From an uncultured Acidimicrobiia bacterium (GTDB lineage: Bacteria; Actinomycetota; Acidimicrobiia; Acidimicrobiales; Ilumatobacteraceae), in the NCBI GenBank assembly GCA_963833145.1, contig CAWHWT010000006.1, positions 33,221 through 97,220 of the forward strand: 64,000 nt of DNA, written 5' to 3'. Every line of letters begins with the position of its first letter. The stretch's first letter is position 1. Below the pieces are notes generated by a model that ran no database searches, was not told the origin of the DNA, and was given only the letters and a program-made list of their open reading frames with translations. Below are positions 35,816 to 45,239 of the stretch, one piece after another. A program made the translations under genes and the position numbers.

Positions 35816-37207
35816 TCAGTTCGGGACCGAGACCGGCGGTCGCCGCCGGGCGCGCTTGCGCCGGCGGATGAGGTACATGACCAGGCCGGTCGTGCCGAGC
35901 GCGAGCGGGGTCAGGGCCAGCACCGTCCAGACGGTCCGCGTCGACGTGCTGCCGAAGTCGCCGGTGTGCAATGGGTATGACCAGTCGTCCCACAACTGGT
36001 CGAACGTGTTGCCTTCCTCCGGCGTGCCGTCGTACACGACCTCGCCGGTGAACTGATCGAGGGCCACGAACGCGTTGCCGGCGCCTGCTTCCCGGGTCCA
36101 CGGATCGAAGCCGCGCGTGACCCACGCCGAATAGGTCGCGGTCTCCTCGTCCCAGGGGGGCATGAGTGACCGGACGGTGCGGTCCGGGTAGCGCGCCTCG
36201 ATCGTCGCCAGCACCTCGTCGAGGTCGAGGCGCTCCGTGTCGGGCGCCGGTTGCGATATTGCTTCTTCCGGCTGGGTCCACAGGAAGAAGTCGCGCCGTG
36301 CCGGCGTGGCGTTCTCGAACCACGAGTTCAGGTTGGGGAAGGCAAACGCGATCCCGGTGAACGCGACGATCAGCAACGGCACCCACACGACGAACCCGAT
36401 CACCTTGTGCAGCGACAGGTTGAACGCGAACGGGCCCCGACCGCGCTTGATCACGAACGCCGTCGCCCAGCGCCGCACGCCGGGCCAGTACCACACGTAG
36501 AAGCCGCTGAGCAGCACGACGATGAACAGGACGCCGAGCCAGCCGACCATGTCCATGCCGTCGGGGAGCACGTCGCACACGGCACCCTGCAGGCCCCCGG
36601 GCTCGACTCCGTCGGCGTCGGCCGTGCACCAGCCGGTCTCGGGGTCGAAGCCACCGAAGGGCCCCCAGTCCTGCCACAGGTACAGGTGACCGCGATAGAG
36701 CCACCAGCTGACACCCTCGGTCTCGCTCGCCCGGTCCGTGATCGTTCCACTGCCGGGGTCGACGAAGTAGACGAAGTGCTCATGGGGCGCCTCCTCGCCC
36801 TCCGCCGGCGCGGGGGCGCCGGCGATCGGGACTTCGACGTAGACCTGATAGACGCCGCGTCCGTTGTTCGGCAGCGTGAGGAAGGTCATCTCGGCGTCCG
36901 CGCCGGCGACCGCGACCGCAGTGTCGACCGCGGCCTGTGGCCCGACGTCGCCGGGCGTGGTGTCGTAGCGGCCAGGGTTGAGCCACGACTCGAAGACGTT
37001 GTGGAAGACGAGCCAGGCGCCGGTGAGGGAGACGATCACCAGCCAGGCGAGCAGCGCGATGGACGTCCAGCGGTGGACCTTGACCACCATCCGGCGGGGT
37101 CGCATGAAGCAGCGACGGATCAGCCGCGTGCGGCGGGATGAAGGGGCCGGGCTGGGAGTGGGAGCGTCGACCGGAGCGACATCGAGCTCTTCGTCGATCA
37201 TCGTCAT
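35816..37207 (-). CDS. PepSY-associated TM-helix membrane protein
   Basis: ATG 37207 lies 8 nt after AAGGAG. The stretch KVHRWTSIALLAWLVIVSLTGAWLVF and the C-terminal YPLHTGDFGS..TVWTVLALTPLALGTTGLVMY are typical of the PepSY_TM family. Confidence 0.8.
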   Translation of the reverse strand: MTMIDEELDVAPVDAPTPSPAPSSRRTRLIRRCFMRPRRMVVKVHRWTSIALLAWLVIVSLTGAWLVFHNVFESWLNPGRYDTTPGDVGPQAAVDTAVAVAGADAEMTFLTLPNNGRGVYQVYVEVPIAGAPAPAEGEEAPHEHFVYFVDPGSGTITDRASETEGVSWWLYRGHLYLWQDWGPFGGFDPETGWCTADADGVEPGGLQGAVCDVLPDGMDMVGWLGVLFIVVLLSGFYVWYWPGVRRWATAFVIKRGRGPFAFNLSLHKVIGFVVWVPLLIVAFTGIAFAFPNLNSWFENATPARRDFFLWTQPEEAISQPAPDTERLDLDEVLATIEARYPDRTVRSLMPPWDEETATYSAWVTRGFDPWTREAGAGNAFVALDQFTGEVVYDGTPEEGNTFDQLWDDWSYPLHTGDFGSTSTRTVWTVLALTPLALGTTGLVMYLIRRRKRARRRPPVSVPN

Positions 37208-37303
37208 GCGCACAACTCCTTGTATTAGGTTGCCCTAACATCGCGCGTCTGGCCAGGTTGCCGCAAATGGTGGTCCGCGGCAACGACACGACATCGACGA
37301 AAT

Positions 37304-37323
37304 TCTCTGACTAGAGTCAGAGA
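37304..37323. promoter_or_regulatory. Palindromic operator candidate abutting the MarR-GNAT start codon
   Basis: TCTCTGACT-AG-AGTCAGAGA has perfect 9-bp arms and ends 1 nt before ATG 37325. There is also a direct repeat AGGTTGCC at 37227-37234 and 37255-37262. Confidence 0.5.
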
Positions 37324-37324
37324 C

Positions 37325-38254
37325 ATGGACCAGATGGTCCCGATCGTGCGGTCGTTCAACCGGACCGTGACCGAACGAGTGGGCGCCCTCAGCGATCACT
37401 ACCTGGGCCGTGACCGCTCACTCGGTGAGGCGCGGCTGCTGTGGGAGATCGGCGAGGACGGGTGCGAGCTGCGTGAGCTGCGGGCCCGGTTGGGACTCGA
37501 CTCCGGGTACCTGAGCCGACTGCTGCGCTCGCTCGGGGCGTCCGGGCTCGTGACGGTCTCGGCCGCGGAACGCGACGGACGGGTCCGCGCCGCCCGGCTC
37601 ACCGCCAAGGGTCGCGCCGAGCGGGACCTGCTCGATCGTCGCAGCGACGACCTCGCCCGCTCGATGCTGACGCCGATCACCGACGCCCAACGCACCCGGC
37701 TGGTCGCCGCAATGGCCGAGGTGGAGCACCTCCTGACCGCCGCCCTGATCGACGTGGCGGTCGCCGACCCCGACCACCCAATGGCGCAGTTCTGCTTGAG
37801 TCAGTACTTCGCCGAGCTCGACGGCCGTTTCGACACCGGGTTCGACCCGACCGCCAGCATGCCCGCCGATCCCGACGAGATGCGCCTCCCAGCGGGATTG
37901 TTCCTGCTCGCCACGCTGCGCGGTGAACCGATCGGCTGCGGCGCCCTCAAGTTCCACGGTCGCCAACCGACCGAGCTGAAGCGGATGTGGGTAGCACCGA
38001 ACAGCCGCGGGCTCGGTGTCGGGCGGCGACTGCTCACCGAGCTCGAGCGGCACGCCGTCGAACACGGCACCCGCACCGTCCGGCTGGAGACCAACCGGTC
38101 GCTGGTCGAGGCGGTCGCGATGTATCGATCCGCGGGCTACCGCGAAGTCGAGGCCTTCAACGACGAGCCCTATGCCCACCACTGGTTCGAGAAGGACCTC
38201 GCCGGCGCACGCCGTCGGCGATCGGCGTCGAGGTTGGACGTCAGCAACGACTGA
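37325..38254 (+). CDS. MarR-type HTH regulator fused to GNAT N-acetyltransferase
   Basis: The N-terminal wHTH is LRELRARLGLDSGYLSRLLRSLGASGLVTV. The C-terminal GNAT motif A is RMWVAPNSRGLGVGRRLLTELE. Confidence 0.85.
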   Translation: MDQMVPIVRSFNRTVTERVGALSDHYLGRDRSLGEARLLWEIGEDGCELRELRARLGLDSGYLSRLLRSLGASGLVTVSAAERDGRVRAARLTAKGRAERDLLDRRSDDLARSMLTPITDAQRTRLVAAMAEVEHLLTAALIDVAVADPDHPMAQFCLSQYFAELDGRFDTGFDPTASMPADPDEMRLPAGLFLLATLRGEPIGCGALKFHGRQPTELKRMWVAPNSRGLGVGRRLLTELERHAVEHGTRTVRLETNRSLVEAVAMYRSAGYREVEAFNDEPYAHHWFEKDLAGARRRRSASRLDVSND

Positions 38255-38257
38255 TCG

Positions 38258-38734
38258 TCAGGGCGAAGCGTCGCGCCAGTGCTCCGCGGTGGCCGAGAGG
38301 GCGTCGTCGACGGGAACGTCGCCCACGGGCTGGGAGATCTCGAGCAGGTAGCCGAACGGGTCCAGGCACTCGAAGACCCGATCGCCCCACGGCTCCTCGG
38401 TGGGCTCGGAACGGATCGCGCAGCCGTTGGTCCGGCAGTACTCGTAGCTGGCGTCGAGGTCGTCGACCCCGATGCCGATGGCGACGCCGAGTCCCCGCGG
38501 GCCCGCCCGCGTCCGAGCCTCGCGCTCGTCGTCGGCAAACGGCATGCCCTCGAGCGCATCGAGGATGAGAAGCGCACCGTCGCGCTCCAGGATCGTCATC
38601 AGCGGTGAACCGTCGGTGGCCGGGACGGTCCCGACGTCGGAGAACCCGAAGCCGCGGTAGAACTCGGCAGCGGCGGCCACATCGGCGACGCGCAGTCCGA
38701 CCCGAAAGCGTCCTGGATCCACCGGACGACACAC
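38258..38734 (-). CDS. VOC/glyoxalase-bleomycin-resistance family protein
   Basis: 158 aa, with VADVAAAAEFYRGFGF.. and a C-terminal FECLDPFGYLLEI. The start is uncertain. Confidence 0.7.
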   Translation of the reverse strand: MCRPVDPGRFRVGLRVADVAAAAEFYRGFGFSDVGTVPATDGSPLMTILERDGALLILDALEGMPFADDEREARTRAGPRGLGVAIGIGVDDLDASYEYCRTNGCAIRSEPTEEPWGDRVFECLDPFGYLLEISQPVGDVPVDDALSATAEHWRDASP

Positions 38735-38799
38735 GCTAGTCGGTCCGGTTGCGGGGCCGCACCGAGCGTGGGTAGAAGTATTACTGGTAGGATTCCAAC

Positions 38800-39027
38800 A
38801 TGAGGGTGACGGAGAAGGGCCAGGTCACGATTCCCAAACCCCTGCGTGACGCGCTCGGGATCGGGGCCGGAACGGAGGTCGAGTTCGAGCGAAACGACGA
38901 TGCGATCATCGTGCGCAAGGTGAACGGCGGACATTCCCGCGGTCGCCGGCTCGCCGAGCGGCTGCGCGGTCACGGTGACGTCAGGATGACGACGGACGAG
39001 ATCATGGCGCTCACCCGAGGGCAGTGA
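38800..39027 (+). CDS. vapB: AbrB/SpoVT-type antitoxin (VapB-like)
   Basis: MRVTEKGQVTIPKPLRDALGIGAGTEVEF is the classic swapped-hairpin motif. The stop overlaps the start of the PIN gene. Confidence 0.85.
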   Translation: MRVTEKGQVTIPKPLRDALGIGAGTEVEFERNDDAIIVRKVNGGHSRGRRLAERLRGHGDVRMTTDEIMALTRGQ

Positions 39028-39440
39028 GGGTGGCCCACGGCACGCTCGTCGACAGCAACGTATTGCTCGACATCCTCACCGACGACGAGACATGGCGCGA
39101 GTGGTCGACGGCAGCGCTCGCCGCCGCGGCTGACGCCGGCCCGCTGTTCATCAATCCGATCATCTACGCCGAGGTTTCGGTGCGCTTCTCGCTGATCGAG
39201 GAGCTCGACGAGGTCTTGCCTCGTCAGGTCTATCGACGGCTGCCGCTGCCCTGGGAGGCCGCGTTCCTGGCGGACAAGGCGTTCCTCCGTTACCGCCGAC
39301 GCGGCGGGAGGCGTACGTCCACCCTGCCCGACTTCTTCGTCGGTGCCCACGCGGCTGTCGAGGAGATCGTCCTCCTCACCCGTGACGCCACCCGGTACCG
39401 GACCTACTTCCCCACGCTTCACCTGATCGCTCCTGGATAG
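39024..39440 (+). CDS. vapC: PIN-domain toxin (VapC-like)
   Basis: TLVDSNVLLDIL (first acidic residue), IIYAEVS, and DFFVGAHAAVEEIVLLTRD fit a PIN-domain layout. There is a 4-nt overlap with vapB. Confidence 0.85.
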   Translation: MRVAHGTLVDSNVLLDILTDDETWREWSTAALAAAADAGPLFINPIIYAEVSVRFSLIEELDEVLPRQVYRRLPLPWEAAFLADKAFLRYRRRGGRRTSTLPDFFVGAHAAVEEIVLLTRDATRYRTYFPTLHLIAPG

Positions 39441-39466
39441 ACAAGCGGCCCTGGGGGCGTGGTGGC

Positions 39467-42106
39467 CTAACCGCCGACGAGACCGGTCCGCAGGGCGTGG
39501 GCCACGGCTTCGGCGCGGCCCCGCACGGCGAGCTTGCGGTACACGCTGATGGTGTGGTGGATGACGGTCGTCTGGCTGATCGCGAGCGCAGCAGCGATCT
39601 CCTCGTTGGTGCGCCCGGCGACGAGCTGGCGGAGAACCGCGAGCTCGCGTTCGGTGAGCTCGAGGCTGCGCCGATGGCGAGGCCGGCCGTGCGACGGGTG
39701 CGTCGCGTGCCTTGTGTCGCCGGCCAGTTCGACTGCAATCCGACGGGCCTCGTCGATGGTCACGGTCCAGGCGCGCTCGTTGCCCGTGCGGCACTCGTTC
39801 TCGAAGGTCTCGCCGAGTCCCTCGCGGAGAACGTCGATCAATCGGTGGTACGCGGTGAGCTGGACCTCCGGCGTCTCCTTGCTGATCTGATCGAGGCTGG
39901 GACCGATCGCGCCGTGGAGGCGGGCGCCGTCGACGAGGCGGCCAGCGTGCGCGGCCATCCCGGCGACACCCATCACCGACCAGGCGAGGCCGTGCCAGTA
40001 TCCGATCGCCACGCTGATGTCGAGGCTGCGCACGAACCAGCCGGCAGCGCCCGCCCGATCTTGGTCGGCGAGGGCGACCACGGCAGCGACGACGGCGCTC
40101 CTCGCTGCGTTGCGCCGGTCGCCGACTTCCTGACTGAGGAGGAATGCTTGCTCGATCTCGGTCCTCGCCTCCGTCGCGACCGCGGTTTGACGGGGGAGGG
40201 TGATGCGCATCCGGCCGATCGCCTGGGCGCGGGCCCGGTCGTGGCCGGCGAGCTGGGCGGCCTCGATCGCCTCTTCGAACAGCGCGACAACGCGCTCGCG
40301 GGTGAACTCCCCGCTGTCCTGCGCGTTCACGGCCCGGGAGAGCGTGAGCTCGGCGCGGAGCCACGCGGTCTCGGGGGATCGACATCGCCGAACGGCCTCG
40401 GCAAGCAGCTCGTCCGCCTCCGCGAACCGTCCCTGGAGGTGAAGCGAATTGCTCAAATGGTCGGTGAGGCGCAGCCAGTCGGAGCCGTCGCCGGTGTGGG
40501 CGAGCATTTCGCGTGCGTGCCACAGCTGCTCGTCCCGGTCCTCACCGGCAGGCATCGCTCCGACGCCGTGCTGCTCGAGGGTCAGCCTCGCGCTCCAGCC
40601 CTCGCCGACGGCGCGCACGTGTGGCGGTCCGCTGGCCGACGGCAGGAAGCGGTCGAGCCAGTCCCGACCTTCCTGCATCGAGCCCCGGTCGAGCCAGTAG
40701 GGACCGAGGGCGGCGGAGGCCTCCAGTCCCTTGGTCATCCGTCCGCTCGCCGCCAAGTGCTGCAGCGCGGCCCGCACGTTGGGCAGTTCTCGGTCGACCC
40801 GTACGGCCCACCGGTGGTCGTCCGTGCTCTGGAGCGCAGCGCCAGCGCGAAGGGCGAACGACACGTAGTAGTTGGCGTGGTCGAGCAGCAACGCGTCAGC
40901 CTCGCCGGAGCCAGCAAGCGCTTCGGCGGCGAAGCGGCGGATGGTCTCGAGGAGACGGAACCGCGGATCGTCCCCGGGCTCGTTGACCGGCTCGACCAGG
41001 TGGAGATCCACGAGCTCGATGAGCGCCTCGAAGGCCTCTCCGTTGGCGATGTCCCGGCAGCAGAGGTCCTCCATCGCGTCCAGCGTCCAACCCTCGCGGA
41101 ATACCGAGAGACGGGGTAGCAGGCGCGCCGGCGCGGCGCTGAGCAGATCGACGCTCCACCCGATGGTGTCGCGGAGGTCGCGATGGCGGGCATGGGCGTC
41201 GACGGCCCCTCCTCGCAGCAGCCGCAAGCCGTGCTCGGTGTCGTGCATGCGCGCCAGCAGGGCCTCGGGTCGCAGCCACCGTACGTGCGACGCGACCAAC
41301 TCGATCGCCAACGGCAAACCATCGACGAGGCGGCACAACTCTTCGACCGCCTCCAGTGCGGCGAGGTCGGGGTGGAACTGCGAGTTCACTGCCGAGGCCC
41401 GATCACAGAACAACGCGACCGAGGCGGCTTCGTTGGGATGTGACTGGCTCCTCGTCGCCGGTACCGGTAGCGGCGCGAGCTGGAAGAGGCGCTCGGCGGT
41501 GACGCCCAGTCGTCGCCGGCTCGTCACCAGCAGCGTGATCTCCGGGCACTCGGCGGTGAGTGAGGCAAGGAGGGGTGCCGCCATGGCAAGTTGCTCGAAG
41601 TTGTCGATGACGAGCAGCATGCGCAGGCTGCGGAGAGCGGCCCGCAGCGCTTCTGCGGGGTCGGGTCCCGAGACGTCGACGAGGTCGAGGCTGCGGGCGA
41701 TCTCCGTCGCCACCAGCAGCGAATCGTCCAAGTCGGCGAGGTCGACGAACGCCGCCCCGTGGGTGAACGACGGGGCCATCCGCCGAGCGACCTCGAGCGC
41801 CAGCCGCGTCTTGCCGACACCGCCGGGGCCGACCACGGTCACGAGGCGGGCGCGGCTGAACACGTCGATCAACTCGACGATGTCGGCGTCCCGGCCGATC
41901 AGCGACGACGCCGGCGGTGGCAGTCCCCGACGCGGGGTCGGCTGACCGGCCACGCCGTCCGCAGCCGCGCCCGTCCGTTCGTCGTGTCGTGCGGCGGACC
42001 CGCTGCTGCTCCCTGCGGTCGCGGACAAACAGCCGTCCTCGTGGTCGCTGAGGCTGGGCGAAATCGTAGTGTCCCGCCACGGCCGGCGCCGCTCGTCGCG
42101 ACCCAT
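39467..42106 (-). CDS. LuxR-family transcriptional regulator with STAND (NB-ARC-like) ATPase and TPR-like region
   Basis: Walker A is VTVVGPGGVGKTRLA. A long helical middle follows. The C-terminal HTH is LTERELAVLRQLVAGRTNEEIAAALAISQTTVIHHTISVYRKL. I placed the start at ATG 42106, because the track start 42157 would leave only 8 nt to the divergent gene. Confidence 0.8.
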   Translation of the reverse strand: MGRDERRRPWRDTTISPSLSDHEDGCLSATAGSSSGSAARHDERTGAAADGVAGQPTPRRGLPPPASSLIGRDADIVELIDVFSRARLVTVVGPGGVGKTRLALEVARRMAPSFTHGAAFVDLADLDDSLLVATEIARSLDLVDVSGPDPAEALRAALRSLRMLLVIDNFEQLAMAAPLLASLTAECPEITLLVTSRRRLGVTAERLFQLAPLPVPATRSQSHPNEAASVALFCDRASAVNSQFHPDLAALEAVEELCRLVDGLPLAIELVASHVRWLRPEALLARMHDTEHGLRLLRGGAVDAHARHRDLRDTIGWSVDLLSAAPARLLPRLSVFREGWTLDAMEDLCCRDIANGEAFEALIELVDLHLVEPVNEPGDDPRFRLLETIRRFAAEALAGSGEADALLLDHANYYVSFALRAGAALQSTDDHRWAVRVDRELPNVRAALQHLAASGRMTKGLEASAALGPYWLDRGSMQEGRDWLDRFLPSASGPPHVRAVGEGWSARLTLEQHGVGAMPAGEDRDEQLWHAREMLAHTGDGSDWLRLTDHLSNSLHLQGRFAEADELLAEAVRRCRSPETAWLRAELTLSRAVNAQDSGEFTRERVVALFEEAIEAAQLAGHDRARAQAIGRMRITLPRQTAVATEARTEIEQAFLLSQEVGDRRNAARSAVVAAVVALADQDRAGAAGWFVRSLDISVAIGYWHGLAWSVMGVAGMAAHAGRLVDGARLHGAIGPSLDQISKETPEVQLTAYHRLIDVLREGLGETFENECRTGNERAWTVTIDEARRIAVELAGDTRHATHPSHGRPRHRRSLELTERELAVLRQLVAGRTNEEIAAALAISQTTVIHHTISVYRKLAVRGRAEAVAHALRTGLVGG

Positions 42107-42165
42107 CCCCGGCGCCCGGTGCAACGCCCCGCCTGGCCCACGGACGACGCGTAACATCCCGGTCG

Positions 42166-43512
42166 GTGCGACCCGAAGTCCGCTACGCCCGGAACGGTGA
42201 CGTCGCGATCGGGTACGCGGTGGTGGGATCGGGCACCGACGACCTCGTGTTCCTGTCGACCTACAACAACCTGGACATCGCCTGGGAGAACCCGCTGTAC
42301 GAGCGGTTCCTCCGGCGGTTGTCGTCCTTCGCTCGACTGATCGTGATCGACCGGCGGGGGACTGGGGTCTCCGACCGCTACTCGCCGCGTGACCTGCCCC
42401 CGCTCGAGGATCTCGTCGACGACCTCGTCGCGGTGCTCGACAAGGTCGGCTCGGAGCGCGCCGTGTTGCTCGGGTTCTCCGATGCCGGGGCCCTGTGCGC
42501 GATGTTCGCGGCGACCCATCCGGAGCGCACGTCGGGTCTCATCCTGTACGCGACGGCTGCCCGCGGCCGCCAGGCACCCGACTATCCCTGGCAGTGGTCG
42601 GAAGGGGAGTGGCAGGACTACCTGAGCGCGGTCCGCGCCGGATGGGGGACTCGGGAGTACGCCGAGGCGTCACTCGCCTTCGTCAATCCGAGTCTGGCCG
42701 GCGACGAGGACATGCTCGCGTGGTGGGAGCGGTTCCAGCGGCTGTCGGCGAGTCCGAGCGCGATCTACGCCCAGGAACAGGTCTTCCGCGAGATGGACAT
42801 TCGTCAGCTGCTCCCGGCGATCGGCGTTCCCACGCTCGTCCTGCATCGGGCCGAGGACGTCATCGAACCGGTGGGCGCCGGCCGCTACCTGGCCAGGGTG
42901 ATCACCGGTGCCGAGTACGTCGAGTTGGCGGGCGCTGACCACTTCCCGTGGGCAGGAGACCAGAGTGCGTTGGTCAAGGAGGTGGAGCGGTTCGTCGGCA
43001 TCGTCGTCCGCGACGAACAGGAGACGTTCGATCGCGTCCTGGCGACGATCTTGTTCACGGACATCGTCGACTCCACCGCCCAGGCCGCGGCGATGGGCGA
43101 CCATCGGTGGCGCGACCTGAGGACACAGCACGACCGCGTGACCCGTGCGCAGCTGGCCAGGTTCCGGGGGCGCGAGATCCAGAGCCTGGGCGACGGCTAC
43201 CTCGCCGTATTCGACGGACCGGCCCGGGCGGTGCGCTGCGCGCAGGCGATTTGCGAGGCGATGGGCCGCCAGGGAGTCGAGCTTCGGGCGGGGCTGCACA
43301 CGGGCGAGGTCGAGCCGCACGGGGACGAGCTCACCGGGCTCGCCGTCACGATCGGATCGCGCATCACCGCGCTGGCCGGCGCCGGCGAGGTCCTCGTCTC
43401 GTCCACCGTCAAGGATCTCGTCGTCGGCTCCGCGCTCACGTTCGCCGATCGGGGTGTCCACAACCTCAAGGGAGTCCCGGACTCCTGGCACCTCTACGCC
43501 CTGGCGGAGTGA
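42166..43512 (+). CDS. Alpha/beta-hydrolase domain fused to class III adenylate/guanylate cyclase
   Basis: The N-half is hydrolase-like (RLIVIDRRGTGVSD, GFSDAG). The C-half is cyclase-like (VLATILFTDIVDST.., GDGYLAVFDGP, GLHTGEVE, GLAVTIGSRI). Confidence 0.85.
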   Translation: MRPEVRYARNGDVAIGYAVVGSGTDDLVFLSTYNNLDIAWENPLYERFLRRLSSFARLIVIDRRGTGVSDRYSPRDLPPLEDLVDDLVAVLDKVGSERAVLLGFSDAGALCAMFAATHPERTSGLILYATAARGRQAPDYPWQWSEGEWQDYLSAVRAGWGTREYAEASLAFVNPSLAGDEDMLAWWERFQRLSASPSAIYAQEQVFREMDIRQLLPAIGVPTLVLHRAEDVIEPVGAGRYLARVITGAEYVELAGADHFPWAGDQSALVKEVERFVGIVVRDEQETFDRVLATILFTDIVDSTAQAAAMGDHRWRDLRTQHDRVTRAQLARFRGREIQSLGDGYLAVFDGPARAVRCAQAICEAMGRQGVELRAGLHTGEVEPHGDELTGLAVTIGSRITALAGAGEVLVSSTVKDLVVGSALTFADRGVHNLKGVPDSWHLYALAE

Positions 43513-43592
43513 CCGAGCGACCGCCACCGACACAGGCGGCGCGTCCGGCCCGCGAAGCGGTCCAACGAAGCCGAGCGCGCCAGGGTGGAGCG

Positions 43593-45149
43593 CTACTGCG
43601 TGGGTTGGTCGCGCAGAACGCGACGCAGGATCTTGCCCGAGGGCGACTTCGGGATCGCGTCGACGAAGGTCAGCTTCCGGATCTGCTTGTAGTTCGCGAC
43701 GTTGTCCGCCACGAACCGTTGGATGTCGGCGGCGGCGGTGTCGAGCCCGTGCTTGAGCACGACGTACGCGGCGGGGATCTCACCCGCCTCCTCGTCGGGG
43801 AGGCCGATCACGGCGGCGTCCGTGATGTCCGGATGCGTGAGTAGCAGCGCCTCGAGCTCGGCGGGCGGGACCTGGAAGCCCTTGTACTTGATCAGCTCCT
43901 TGAGCCTGTCGACGATGAAGAGGTGCCCGTCGGTGTCGATGTGGCCGATGTCGCCGGTGTGCAACCAGCCATCGTCATCGATCGTGTCCTTCGTGGCGGC
44001 CTCGTTGTTGAGGTAGCCCTTCATCACCTGCGGGCCGCGCACCCACACCTCACCGTCGGCATCGACCCCGAGCGACGACCCCGTCGCGGGATCGACGATC
44101 TGGACCTCGGTGTTGGGGACCGTCACGCCGACCGACCCGGGCTTGAACCCACCCGACGGCGTGGCGTGGCTCACCGGTGACAGTTCGGTCATGCCGTAGC
44201 CCTGCACGACCTCGCATCCCAGCCGCCGCCCGCACTCGATGGCGAGGTCGGCCGAGAGCGGCGCCGCGCCGGAGAGGATCCACTGCAACGCCGACAGGTC
44301 GTAGTTGTCGACGACCGGATGCTTCGCCAGCGCGACGACCATCGGTGGGGCGACGAAGGCGCGCGTGAGGCGATGCTCCTGATGCAACGACAGGAACTGT
44401 TCGAGGTCGAAGCGCGGCATCGTGACGATCGTGGCCCCGGCCCGCAGGCCCAGGTTCATCAGCACCTGCATCCCGTAGATGTGGAAGAACGGCAGCACCG
44501 CCACGAAGGCGTCGTCGCCGGACACCCCGACCGTGGCGAGGGCTTGCTCGATGTTCGAGACGAGGTTGCGGTGGGTGAGCATGACGCCCTTCGCCAGGCC
44601 GGTCGTGCCCGACGAGTACGGCAGCACGACCACGTCGTCGAGATCGACCGGCACCTGCTCGGCGAGTGGTGCGCCGGCCAGCGAGGCGATCGAGGCGTGG
44701 CCCTCGGCCTCACCGATGACGTACACCTCCTTGACGCCCGAGTCGGCGATGGCGGCTGTCGCCGTCTCGAGGAACATCGGGATCGTCACCAGACGGGTCG
44801 CGCCCGAGTCGACGAGTTGGTGATGGACCTCGCCCGCGGTGTACGTCGGATTGACCGTGGTGACGACGCCACCGGCCAGTGCTACGGCGTGGAAGACGAC
44901 GCCGTAGTCGGGGCAGTTGGGTGCCATCACCGCGACGACTTGACCCTTCGTCAGCCCGGCCTCGAGCCAGCCACCCGCTTGACGTCGCACGGCCGCTTCG
45001 AACTCGCCGTACGTCATCGTCCCGCCGGTCGCCCCATCGACGAACGCCGCCTTGTCGACCCACCGGGCGGCACGGTCGAGGATGTAGGGCGTCAACGGCG
45101 ACGTCGGAACGCTCACCGAAGGCACCGGACTGGTGAACACGAAGGTCAT
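43593..45149 (-). CDS. AMP-dependent acyl-CoA/4-coumarate-CoA ligase family protein
   Basis: AMP-binding motifs are present: LPYSSGTTGLAKGVMLTH, GYGMTE, WLHTGDIG, PKSPSGKILRR. I chose ATG 45149 (MTFVFTSPV). Confidence 0.9.
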   Translation of the reverse strand: MTFVFTSPVPSVSVPTSPLTPYILDRAARWVDKAAFVDGATGGTMTYGEFEAAVRRQAGGWLEAGLTKGQVVAVMAPNCPDYGVVFHAVALAGGVVTTVNPTYTAGEVHHQLVDSGATRLVTIPMFLETATAAIADSGVKEVYVIGEAEGHASIASLAGAPLAEQVPVDLDDVVVLPYSSGTTGLAKGVMLTHRNLVSNIEQALATVGVSGDDAFVAVLPFFHIYGMQVLMNLGLRAGATIVTMPRFDLEQFLSLHQEHRLTRAFVAPPMVVALAKHPVVDNYDLSALQWILSGAAPLSADLAIECGRRLGCEVVQGYGMTELSPVSHATPSGGFKPGSVGVTVPNTEVQIVDPATGSSLGVDADGEVWVRGPQVMKGYLNNEAATKDTIDDDGWLHTGDIGHIDTDGHLFIVDRLKELIKYKGFQVPPAELEALLLTHPDITDAAVIGLPDEEAGEIPAAYVVLKHGLDTAAADIQRFVADNVANYKQIRKLTFVDAIPKSPSGKILRRVLRDQPTQ

Positions 45150-45239
45150 CGTTCGTCTCCCTCTCACGACGTCGATCCTGCACGAGACGGGCCCGCCCTT
45201 CTCGCCAACGCGACGGGATCGTAGTGCCGCGTCGGTGCG

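Noticed and set aside
33519-36704. Very long antisense ORFs: 1061 aa here, and also 9211..11481, 47190..48986, 55009..56898, 20651..22210, 1605..2795, 31959..33311, 44710..45873.
   Set aside because: Their translations are Arg/Pro/Gly-rich with no motifs, and they fully overlap genes with clear family signatures on the other strand or in another frame. They are typical shadow ORFs of very GC-rich DNA.
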